A stretch of DNA of 22,628 nucleotides from Opitutales bacterium (GTDB taxonomy: Bacteria > Verrucomicrobiota > Verrucomicrobiia > Opitutales > Intestinicryptomonadaceae), in the NCBI GenBank assembly GCA_031556415.1, contig JAVBSZ010000065.1:1-22628 (forward strand), in the 5' to 3' direction. Both the position numbers and the translations under genes were made by a program. The notes under the pieces were generated by a model. That model was not told where the DNA came from. It ran no database searches and saw nothing but the letters and a program-made list of their open reading frames with translations. Position 1 is the first letter of the stretch. Every line of letters starts with the position of its first letter. Of the stretch, positions 7,948 through 15,270 are shown piece by piece.

Positions 7948-10548
7948 ATGTTTTTTCTTAAAAAGGCGGGTTTGATTTTCGCTTGCGCCGTGGCGCTTGC
8001 GGTTGCTTTCACGCGCCTGCCCTCGCCCCTGAACGCGCAGGAAACCCCCTTTTTGAGCGAGGAGCTTTCCGCGCGCCAGAAGCGCATGGCGGAGATGACG
8101 CGCAGCGCGCAGCTCGCCATGAATTTCGGCCTCGGCTCCCTTGCGGAGATGATGGCCAAGTCCGTCATCTCCTCGCCGGACTCCTCGGCGGAAGATTTGG
8201 CAAACGCCAGAAAGACGCTCATCACGTCGCTGATTTCGCAGGGAAATTTTGAGCTCGCAAAGGCGCAGCTCGACGACGCTTCGGACAACGTATCGGACGA
8301 CTATAACCTGATGCGCACCCTCACGGCTATAGGCCTTAACGATGTGCTCTCTGCGGAATACAACATTTCAAAGACGCTCGTGGCCAAGCTCTCCGAAGAC
8401 ATGCGCTCATGGTACTATTCCGCGCGCGGCTACATTTTCTACATGCAGGGCAAGTTTGACAGCGCTGAGAAAAACTTCAGGCGCGCGCAGGAGCTCGCCG
8501 TTACAAAGTACGCCCTTGCGGACGCCCAGATGGCGCAGAACCTCGCGCGGCTCACCGAAGGCTTGGACGACGGCCAGCTCACGCAGATGGCGCAGTCCCT
8601 TTCCGAAAAGGTGAACATATACCTTGGCACGCAGGCGGGCTTCGGCTTCGCAAAGCAGTACGCCATAGTGCTCAACAGGCTCGGGCGGGATGACGACGCC
8701 CTCAAGGTCATAGACGACCAGCTGCAGCTTCCCCTGATTTCGGATTCCGACGCGGAAGACCTCAAGGTGATTTCCGCCCTGATACTTTCCCCCAAGCCCG
8801 ACAGGTGCAAGCCGGTGCTGCGTAGCATACTGATGAACACGAAGTCTCCAGACACCATGGAGTACTGCCTCAAGCTTCTGCGCGCATGCTTCGCGCAGGA
8901 CGTTGCGGGGCTTTCCGAGATGCTCAAAGACATCCTCAAAAACGGCGCCGAAAGCGTGCGCGACAGAATACTTCTCGAACTCTCCTACTGCGCGGTGCAG
9001 AGCGCCAACACGGTGGAGGCGTCAAAATTCGCCAACGAGCTTTTGGAGAACTACCCGGGCTCGCAGTTCAAGAAGGACGCGCTCAGAATCCTCACGTGGG
9101 TGGTGTTTGCAAACCTCGACGGAGACACCACGAAATACCGCCTCGCCGCCAACTACCTGTTGAACATCTCCGCGCTTGAAACTTCTCCGGAGACGAGCGC
9201 GCATTCAAAGATGCTCGCCGCAGACTGCTATTTCAAAGACAGGGATTTTGACGAGGCCGGAACCATCTACGAATCCCTCCTTTCCTCCGGCCTGCCTAAG
9301 GCCGACCAAGGTGAAATCCTCGGCCGCGCGGTTGAGTCTTTCATGGATTTGGGAGACTACAAGAAGGCGCTCGCGCTGCTCGACGCCGCGTACTCTTCGG
9401 ACAATTTCAATTCAGATGAAATCTGGCGCGCGGAATGGATACTCCTGACGCAGCTGCGCGCCAAGGGCCGCACGCAGGAGGCCGCAGACAGGATAGACGC
9501 CATACTTGCGGCACCGTCGAAAATGAAGGTGGGCTCCGTGCTTAGAATGCGCATGCTCTTCCTCCAGGCCAAGATGGCGGAGGAGGCCGGAGAGCACCCT
9601 AAAAGCGTTTCGCTTTGCGACAAGCTCATGGCGGAAATTTCAGGAATGAGGATACTGGAGGACGCGCAGAAGACGATGGACGAGCTCGCGGCAAGCACGC
9701 TGCTTCTCAAGGCGAAGTCCCTTTCGCGCCTGGGCAAGGACGAAACTGAGGGCGGCGCATTTGAAACCTACGCGCTGCTGCGCGAAAAATACCCCTCCAC
9801 GGAGGCCGCGCACATCTCCTCGCTCTACCAGGCGCGCTCGCTGGCCTCCCTCGGCAAATACGCGGCGGCAGCGCAGCTTTGCAAGGCGCTTTCGGACAAC
9901 TTCCCGCTCGGAAAATACGCGAGCATAGCGCTGTTTGAGGCGGCGCAGTTTGAGCGCCAGATAGGCTCAGACGCAAGCTACAAAAATGCGCTGGCGATGC
10001 TCGACAAGCTCTGCAAGGAGTATCCCTCAGACGGAAAAGTCTTTTACGCGCGCCTCATGGAGGGCGACATTTTAAGAATACTCAACATGTTCGCGGACGC
10101 GCGCAGCATGTACCTTGACGTCATCGCCAATTTCCCGAGCCACCCCGAAGTGTACCTGGCGAGCATGGCGCTGGGTGATTCATTCCTTGCGCAGAGCAAC
10201 AAGGAGCTTGACGCCTCCGCAACCTTTGAGCGCCTCTACGCGCTTTCGTCGATACCGTTTGAGGCGAGGTCTGAAGCCGCCTTCAAATGGGGATTCGCCC
10301 TCAACCGCATGAACCGCAAGCGCGAGGCGTCGGAAGTGTGGTGGATCACAAGCAGGGACCTTCTCTCCGCAAACACGGAACCCTCCGTCAACGGGAAGTA
10401 CTGGATAGGCCGCATGCTCATGGAACTCGGCAAAAACCTCGAGGAGCTCGGCCAGAAGACGGACGCGCGCAGGGCTTACGAAATGGTCGCGGAGAACAAC
10501 CTCTCCGGCGCGCCGCTCGCCCGTAAAAAATTAAAACCCAACCAATAA
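7948..10548 (+). CDS. Large secreted tetratricopeptide-repeat (TPR-like, all-helical) protein; first gene of the exbBD-containing operon
   Basis: 866 aa counted from the internal ATG at 7948 (MFFLKKAGLIFACAVALAVAF...AQE), which gives a classical signal peptide. The ORF-track start at 7825 would add 41 residues of non-signal sequence. The protein has TPR/Sel1-like helical repeat composition throughout and no catalytic motif. Its stop is 7 nt before exbB. Confidence 0.75.
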   Translation: MFFLKKAGLIFACAVALAVAFTRLPSPLNAQETPFLSEELSARQKRMAEMTRSAQLAMNFGLGSLAEMMAKSVISSPDSSAEDLANARKTLITSLISQGNFELAKAQLDDASDNVSDDYNLMRTLTAIGLNDVLSAEYNISKTLVAKLSEDMRSWYYSARGYIFYMQGKFDSAEKNFRRAQELAVTKYALADAQMAQNLARLTEGLDDGQLTQMAQSLSEKVNIYLGTQAGFGFAKQYAIVLNRLGRDDDALKVIDDQLQLPLISDSDAEDLKVISALILSPKPDRCKPVLRSILMNTKSPDTMEYCLKLLRACFAQDVAGLSEMLKDILKNGAESVRDRILLELSYCAVQSANTVEASKFANELLENYPGSQFKKDALRILTWVVFANLDGDTTKYRLAANYLLNISALETSPETSAHSKMLAADCYFKDRDFDEAGTIYESLLSSGLPKADQGEILGRAVESFMDLGDYKKALALLDAAYSSDNFNSDEIWRAEWILLTQLRAKGRTQEAADRIDAILAAPSKMKVGSVLRMRMLFLQAKMAEEAGEHPKSVSLCDKLMAEISGMRILEDAQKTMDELAASTLLLKAKSLSRLGKDETEGGAFETYALLREKYPSTEAAHISSLYQARSLASLGKYAAAAQLCKALSDNFPLGKYASIALFEAAQFERQIGSDASYKNALAMLDKLCKEYPSDGKVFYARLMEGDILRILNMFADARSMYLDVIANFPSHPEVYLASMALGDSFLAQSNKELDASATFERLYALSSIPFEARSEAAFKWGFALNRMNRKREASEVWWITSRDLLSANTEPSVNGKYWIGRMLMELGKNLEELGQKTDARRAYEMVAENNLSGAPLARKKLKPNQ

Positions 10549-10555
10549 GACGCAG

Positions 10556-11221
10556 ATGGAAAAATTCCTGAACATACTCCAATCCGGCGGGCCGATGATG
10601 GTGCCGCTCGGCCTTCTGGCGCTCATCGGCCTCACGCTTTTTCTTGAAAGGCTTTTCTTCCTTCACAAGGGGCAGATAAGGGCCATGGAATTCGTCTCGG
10701 GCATAAAGGAGGCGCTCAAAAAGCGCAGGCTCCTTGAAGCGCTCACGCTTTGCGACGAAACGCCCGGGCCCGTCCCGAGAATCGTCAAGGCTGCGCTCGT
10801 CAATTCCGAAAGGAGCTTTGATACGATGCGCCAGAGCGTGCTCGCGCAGGCCGACGCCGAAGTGCCGCTTCTTGAAAGGCGCATAGCGGGCGTGCGGCTT
10901 GTTGCGAAAATCGCGCCCTACCTCGGCTTCATGGGCACGCTGCTGGCGCTTTTGAACATCTTTTTTGCGATGAGCAAAAGCGGCTCCTACGCGTCGGCCT
11001 CGGCTTTTTCCGCGGACGTCTACAACGCGCTCATCTCCACGGTTGCGGGCTTCGCGGTGTACATCGTGGCCGTCCTCTGCCACTCAATGCTTTTCAGCAG
11101 GATGAAGGCGATAATTTACGACATCCAATGGTCCGCCAATTCCATTCTCAAATTCATATCCGACGGCATGCCGGAAAACGAGGACATGCTTGAGGGCAAC
11201 GGGGCGAAGTCTGAAAAATGA
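10556..11221 (+). CDS. exbB: MotA/TolQ/ExbB family proton-channel protein
   Basis: 221 aa. It has an N-terminal TM followed by LERLFFL, and a conserved C-terminal block APYLGFMGTLLALLNIF...ADVYNALISTVAGFAVYIVAVL that matches the ExbB/TolQ G.LGT..G....F / A.GI..AL..T..GL.VAIP pattern. Confidence 0.85.
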   Translation: MEKFLNILQSGGPMMVPLGLLALIGLTLFLERLFFLHKGQIRAMEFVSGIKEALKKRRLLEALTLCDETPGPVPRIVKAALVNSERSFDTMRQSVLAQADAEVPLLERRIAGVRLVAKIAPYLGFMGTLLALLNIFFAMSKSGSYASASAFSADVYNALISTVAGFAVYIVAVLCHSMLFSRMKAIIYDIQWSANSILKFISDGMPENEDMLEGNGAKSEK

Positions 11222-11679
11222 GCGAAGAAAGCCAGACATTTGAAGCCGTGCGCATTGCGGCCCCGAAGTACGAATCTCCCGCGCCGCAGGCCGTGGCGTT
11301 TTTGGACGTCGCACTCATAACCGCCATTTTCATCCTGCTGAGTTCCAGCTTCGTCATGGCGCCGGGCTTCGGGATAGACCTCGGCGGCGAGGCAATCTCA
11401 ATTCCGGAATCCCTGCCGGACGCGCCGCTTGACGCAAGCGCGGTGAATTCGTCCGTAAGCGTGCTCAACGTGCGCGGGAATTCCATGATAATTTTCGAGG
11501 GCAAAATATATTCGCCGGAATCTTTCGCAAAGGAGATGAAAACTTACAAGGGCGAAGGCACGCTGCTTCTGAAGCTCGACAAGGGCGTGGATTCCCAGAC
11601 CTTCCTGCACATCTGCCAGCTTGCAAAGGCCGCGGGCTTCAGCCGCGCGCAGCTCGCCGCCAAACCCGCGGAATACTGA
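11218..11679 (+). CDS. exbD: ExbD/TolR family biopolymer transport protein
   Basis: 153 aa. The ATGA start/stop overlaps exbB by 4 bp. There is a single TM (AVAFLDVALITAIFILLSSSFV) and a periplasmic domain with SVLNVRGNSMIIFEGKIYS...LLLKLDKGVDSQTFLHICQLAKAAGFSRAQL, typical of ExbD/TolR. Confidence 0.85.
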   Translation: MSEESQTFEAVRIAAPKYESPAPQAVAFLDVALITAIFILLSSSFVMAPGFGIDLGGEAISIPESLPDAPLDASAVNSSVSVLNVRGNSMIIFEGKIYSPESFAKEMKTYKGEGTLLLKLDKGVDSQTFLHICQLAKAAGFSRAQLAAKPAEY

Positions 11680-11683
11680 CAAG

Positions 11684-12424
11684 ATGCCGGACGGGAAAAG
11701 CGCAGTCAAAAAGAAACCAATGCAGGACGCTCCGCGCGGGGCCCTGCTTAAGAGCTTTGTATGCGCCCTTGCGTTGACGGCGCTTTGCGCCTTCTTTTTC
11801 CCCAACGTGAAAATTCCGGATTTCGACGCGCAAAAAAAGCCCTCCTTCATGGCGCTTTCAGACGGCACACAGACGGCGCTGGACGCCTCCGGAGAGGAGA
11901 TGGGAGACTACACCCCAATGTTCCTTCCCACAAAATGGAACTCGTCGTCGCGCATTGCCGAAAAATTTTCCGAACTGAATTTTGACAACGCGCTGCTAAA
12001 GGGCGCGAAGGCTGCGGACTTTGAGCCTAAGATGGACTTCCTTGGCGCGGAAAAGCCGGAGCCCTTGAACGAGTCCGCCATGAAAGTGGGCGCCCACAAC
12101 TTCTTTGCGTCATTCGGCAGGGGCAAGGCCTCTGAAGTGAAAGGCGACGGGGGGAACTTCCTCTACGCCCACGTGGCGGATTTCAATTCGTCAAAGCAGA
12201 TGGGCGTGCTGCGCATACCCGCGCCGGAGGGCGCAAACTCCGCGCTTTCCACGCCGTCCGCCTTCGCCGTGCAGATAGATTTGACGGGCTCCCCCGTCTC
12301 CCTCGTGGCGCTCGACAGGAACGACTCCGACGGCGCGGGCGCGCGCCTTATGGACACCCTGCTTGACGACAAGGCCTTCAGAAAGCTCCCCGCCGGATAC
12401 TACAAAATCACCGTCACTCCCTAG
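11684..12424 (+). CDS. Hypothetical N-terminally membrane-anchored periplasmic protein; possible divergent TonB/TolA-like energy transducer (no Pro-rich spacer)
   Basis: 246 aa counted from the ATG 5 nt after the exbD stop (MPDGKSAVKKKPMQDAPRGALLKSFVCALALTALCAFFF). The last ~60 aa (FAVQIDLTGSPVSLVALDRNDSDGAGARLMDTLLDDKAFRKLPAGYYKITVTP) loosely fit the TonB-C pattern of a beta-strand, a helix, then aromatic-x-Pro. This is inferred by eye, not demonstrated. Confidence 0.5.
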   Translation: MPDGKSAVKKKPMQDAPRGALLKSFVCALALTALCAFFFPNVKIPDFDAQKKPSFMALSDGTQTALDASGEEMGDYTPMFLPTKWNSSSRIAEKFSELNFDNALLKGAKAADFEPKMDFLGAEKPEPLNESAMKVGAHNFFASFGRGKASEVKGDGGNFLYAHVADFNSSKQMGVLRIPAPEGANSALSTPSAFAVQIDLTGSPVSLVALDRNDSDGAGARLMDTLLDDKAFRKLPAGYYKITVTP

Positions 12425-12428
12425 AGCA

Positions 12429-13205
12429 ATGAGGTTCAGAATTTTTGAAAGTTCCAGCGCGGGCAACTGCTCGCTACTTGAAACGGAGGACGCAAGCGTC
12501 CTCATAGACGCCGGCCTCGGCCTTAGAAAGACTGCGGCGCATCTGGCGGCGGCGGGAAAGAGCTTTGAAAGCCTGGACGCCATCTTCATCACGCACGACC
12601 ACAAGGACCATTGCAAGTGCCTTGAATACGTATCACAATTCAGGAACCTGAAAATTTTCGCAAGCAAGGCTGCGGCGGAGGCCATAAAGTATTCCGTCAA
12701 AAACACCAAAGAGCTCAACTGGAAAACTTTTTTTGCGGACGACGTCTTCGAATTCCAGGGCATACGCATAAGCCCCTTCCCAGTCATGCACGACTGCGCC
12801 GAAACCGTCGGCTACGCCTTCCGCGCCGACGGCAAAACCCTCGTGTACGCAACAGACCTAGGCAAAGTCACCCATCTGGTGCGCGAAAATGCAAAGCGCG
12901 CAAACGTGCTGGTGCTGGAAAGCAACTACTGCCCCGCGCTTCTTGAAAAGGCCGAACGCCCCTACGAGGTGAAGCGCCGCATCAAGGGCCCCAACGGACA
13001 CCTCTCAAACGAAAACGCAATAGAGCTCCTTAACGACCTCGACTGCGGGGTGGTTGAAAAAATCTTCCTCGCGCACGTTTCAAAGGAAAGCAACAGCCTC
13101 CCCCATATCGGAGACCTCCTGCGCGCCGGCGTCAGCGCAGACCTCCTTCCGAAAATCGAAATCATCTGCCCCTTCATGGGCAAAAGCGCCGTCTACGAAG
13201 GCTAA
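12429..13205 (+). CDS. MBL-fold metallo-hydrolase (YycJ/PhnP-like)
   Basis: 258 aa counted from the ATG 5 nt after the upstream stop (MRFRIFESSSAGNCSLLETEDASVLIDAGLG). It has the ITHDHKDH (HxHxDH) zinc-binding motif, a later HD and a C-terminal AHVS motif, and YycJ-like length. Confidence 0.8.
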   Translation: MRFRIFESSSAGNCSLLETEDASVLIDAGLGLRKTAAHLAAAGKSFESLDAIFITHDHKDHCKCLEYVSQFRNLKIFASKAAAEAIKYSVKNTKELNWKTFFADDVFEFQGIRISPFPVMHDCAETVGYAFRADGKTLVYATDLGKVTHLVRENAKRANVLVLESNYCPALLEKAERPYEVKRRIKGPNGHLSNENAIELLNDLDCGVVEKIFLAHVSKESNSLPHIGDLLRAGVSADLLPKIEIICPFMGKSAVYEG

Positions 13206-13284
13206 ACGGCTGTTTAACGAGGGGTTGACATTTTGTTCCCCCACCGCCTTCGCGGCATGGTTTGCATGAAGAACGAGCATTGAA

Positions 13285-13337
13285 AAACCCGCAGAGGTGC
13301 GTGGCGTACAAGTGTACGTGAGCAGTCCTGCGGGTTT
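13285..13337 (+). repeat. Intergenic palindromic element R1 (AAACCCGCAG-[GTGCGTGGCGTACaagtGTACGTGAGCAG]-CTGCGGGTTT, 3' flank TTATTCA)
   Basis: 10 bp perfect outer stem, interior loop, and a 6 bp inner stem around an AAGT loop. It lies between the convergent MBL and outer-membrane-factor genes. Confidence 0.6.
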
Positions 13338-13420
13338 ATTCAAGCGGAGTTGTCCGCCAGCTACTTTGGCCGCACGGTTTTGGATGAAAAATCAGGCGCA
13401 AAAAAAACTGCGGGCCGTAG

Positions 13421-13474
13421 CGTACTAGATGTACGTGAGGGTCGCAGTTTTTTTGCAACGAACTCCTGCGCCAA
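13421..13474. repeat. Intergenic palindromic element R2; also has bidirectional-terminator architecture (A8-ACTGCG...CGCAGT-T7)
   Basis: Perfect ≥10 bp outer stem AAAAACTGCG/CGCAGTTTTT. The core CCGTAGCGTACtagaTGTACGTGAGGGTC is related to R1 and nearly identical to the inverted copy at 1622-1652. Confidence 0.6.
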
Positions 13475-13523
13475 AAACGCCCGCCTGATTAGGCGCAATG
13501 ATTTTCGATGCATAGCGAGGACA

Positions 13524-13658
13524 ATAAAGCCGCCCAGGGTGCGTGGCGTACTTATAAACCAAGGGATAGGCTCACCGCGATAGCGGTTGCCGTAAGGGCT
13601 TTGCCCTTCAGTTGGCGGCACTCTAAGTGCCTACGTAAGCAGTCTGGGCGGCTTTATT
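13524..13658 (+). repeat. Intergenic palindromic element R3: an R1-type element with 15 bp perfect outer stem (AATAAAGCCGCCCAG/CTGGGCGGCTTTATT) carrying an ~85 nt structured nested insertion
   Basis: The left core GGTGCGTGGCGTAC and the right core CTACGTAAGCAGTCTG match R1, and the 3' flank TTATTCAcGCaG is shared with R1. The insertion at 13551-13630 contains its own hairpins (ACCGCgataGCGGT, AAGGGctttGCCCTT). Confidence 0.55.
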
Positions 13659-13686
13659 CACGCAGCTAGGCGCGAAAAACATTCGC

Positions 13687-15270
13687 CTAAAGTTTTTGTT
13701 TTTTGATAGTGTCCTTGTACTCCTGCGTGTTCGGGTCTATATCGCTGAAGATTTCCGTCGGCAGGGCGAGGACTTTTTCGGTGTCGCTGCGCTTGTCGTC
13801 GGCCTCAAAATCGGGAGTGCGGTACCAGCCGCCGCCGAGGGAGGTGATGAGGGAGACGCAGGCGCGGAAGCGGTCGCCCTTGATGCGCAGGGTTTCCCTG
13901 TCGTTGAGCAGCGAGATGCGCTGGGCGTCGGTCACTTCATAATAATCTACAACACCAGCGTCATGGCGCTTTATGGTGAGGTCTAGAACCTCGTGCGCGG
14001 ATGTTGAAGCCTTGCTGCGGTACGAATATTCTCTCTCAAGATATTTCATGCTAGCGAGGGAATCTTCAACTTCGCGAAATGCCCTGAGCACGGAGGAGCG
14101 GTAGAGCTCCACAACCTGCCTGTGTTCCGCGATGGCGATTTCCTCCTGCGCCATGAGCTTTCCGCCCTGGAATATGGGTATGTAGACTTTCGGGCTCACG
14201 CCCCAGGCGAGGGAGCTTGAATTCAGGAGCGTGTCAATATCCGCGGAGACGAGGTCTGAACTGGCGCTGAGGGCGACGGTGGGGAAGTAAGCGGCGCGGG
14301 CGGCGCCTATCCTAGCGTTTGCGGCGAAGACGCGCCTTTCGGCGGCGGCGACGTCCGGACGGCGCTGCAGGATTTCAGACGGTATGGCCTTCGGAACCGC
14401 GGGTACGGCTTCGCCTATAGTGAGCGTGGTGGCCTTTATCTGCGAGGGAATCCGGCCCGTCAGAAGCGCGAGGTAGTCCGTATAAAGCGCCTTCTGGAGC
14501 TTGACCGCCTCGTACTGAGACTGCGCCTCGTAAAGGAGCTGTTCGGCGCGCTTCATGTCCAAATCAGTAATGACGCCGCTTTTGAGCTTGTTGGCGAAGT
14601 AGTCAACCTGCTTCTGCCTGATTTCAGCCGTTTCCTCAAGAAGTTTGAGTTCCGAATTGTTCTGCCGTATGGTGAAGTAAGTCTGCGCCACTTCGCTTTG
14701 CAGCATGAGAAGCGTGTTCTCATACGCCGCCATGACGGCCTGGGCCTCCGCGGTGTCGGACCCTATCAAAGAGCGCACCCTGCCGAAGAAGTCCAAATCC
14801 CACGTGAGGCCGAAGCCGGCCATCCATGTGTCGTAATCAGCCCTCCAGCTTGTTGCGGTGTTCTTTGAAAGGCTCGTGCGCGAATATGAGCCGTCAAAGC
14901 CCACGTGCGGCACGAGGTCTCCCTGGTCAACGCGCGCCCTCGCCATTGCCATTTCGACGGTCTGGAAGGCCGCGGCCAAGTCCGGATTATTATCCCTGCA
15001 CGCCTGCAGAAGCGCGTTGAGCTCGTCATCACTGAAGATTATCCACCAGTCGCCCTTAGGCGCGGCGTCATCGGGCGAAGCATCCGTCCAGATTCCGTCA
15101 GCATGGTAGAAGTTGGCGGGAAGCTCGGATTTGTCCGACTTCCCCTGCGCGGCGCTGTCCGGCTTGACGTAGTCCGGCGTGAGCGAGCACCCGCCGAGGG
15201 CGAGAGCCGCGCAAAGCGCCGTTAAAGTGTGTATTCCTCTTTGCATATATTTTGAATTAAACTGTTCCAT
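13687..15270 (-). CDS. RND efflux system outer membrane factor, NodT/TolC family lipoprotein
   Basis: 527 aa with a lipobox (LALGGCSL) and two TolC-type repeat halves. Its ATG overlaps the stop of the upstream RND gene by 14 nt (ATGGAACAGTTTAA). A downstream in-frame ATG (MQRGIH) is an alternative start. Confidence 0.85.
   Translation of the reverse strand: MEQFNSKYMQRGIHTLTALCAALALGGCSLTPDYVKPDSAAQGKSDKSELPANFYHADGIWTDASPDDAAPKGDWWIIFSDDELNALLQACRDNNPDLAAAFQTVEMAMARARVDQGDLVPHVGFDGSYSRTSLSKNTATSWRADYDTWMAGFGLTWDLDFFGRVRSLIGSDTAEAQAVMAAYENTLLMLQSEVAQTYFTIRQNNSELKLLEETAEIRQKQVDYFANKLKSGVITDLDMKRAEQLLYEAQSQYEAVKLQKALYTDYLALLTGRIPSQIKATTLTIGEAVPAVPKAIPSEILQRRPDVAAAERRVFAANARIGAARAAYFPTVALSASSDLVSADIDTLLNSSSLAWGVSPKVYIPIFQGGKLMAQEEIAIAEHRQVVELYRSSVLRAFREVEDSLASMKYLEREYSYRSKASTSAHEVLDLTIKRHDAGVVDYYEVTDAQRISLLNDRETLRIKGDRFRACVSLITSLGGGWYRTPDFEADDKRSDTEKVLALPTEIFSDIDPNTQEYKDTIKKQKL

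Noticed and set aside
10418-11083. 221 aa minus-strand ORF overlapping exbB and the end of the TPR gene.
   Set aside because: It is an antisense frame with Arg/His/Glu-rich low complexity. The sense strand carries unmistakable ExbB motifs.
10556-13205. The ExbB/ExbD-containing cluster, considered as a Zorya-like or other MotAB-based anti-phage defence system.
   Set aside because: ExbB is normal length (221 aa) without the long ZorA tail. ExbD has the ExbD/TolR periplasmic domain, not a peptidoglycan-binding MotB/OmpA domain. No nuclease, helicase or ATPase effector genes are present; the MBL protein is YycJ-like, not a beta-CASP nuclease.
13206-13686. The 480 bp intergenic region, checked as a possible tmRNA, RNase P RNA, SRP RNA, 6S RNA or tRNA gene.
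   Set aside because: I could not find a GGTTCGANTCC T-loop, a tmRNA 3' tRNA-like end, RNase P conserved blocks (GGAAAGTCCGG, ACAGAAA...) or the SRP GGAA/AGCAG motif. The structure is fully explained by three repeat-family hairpins.
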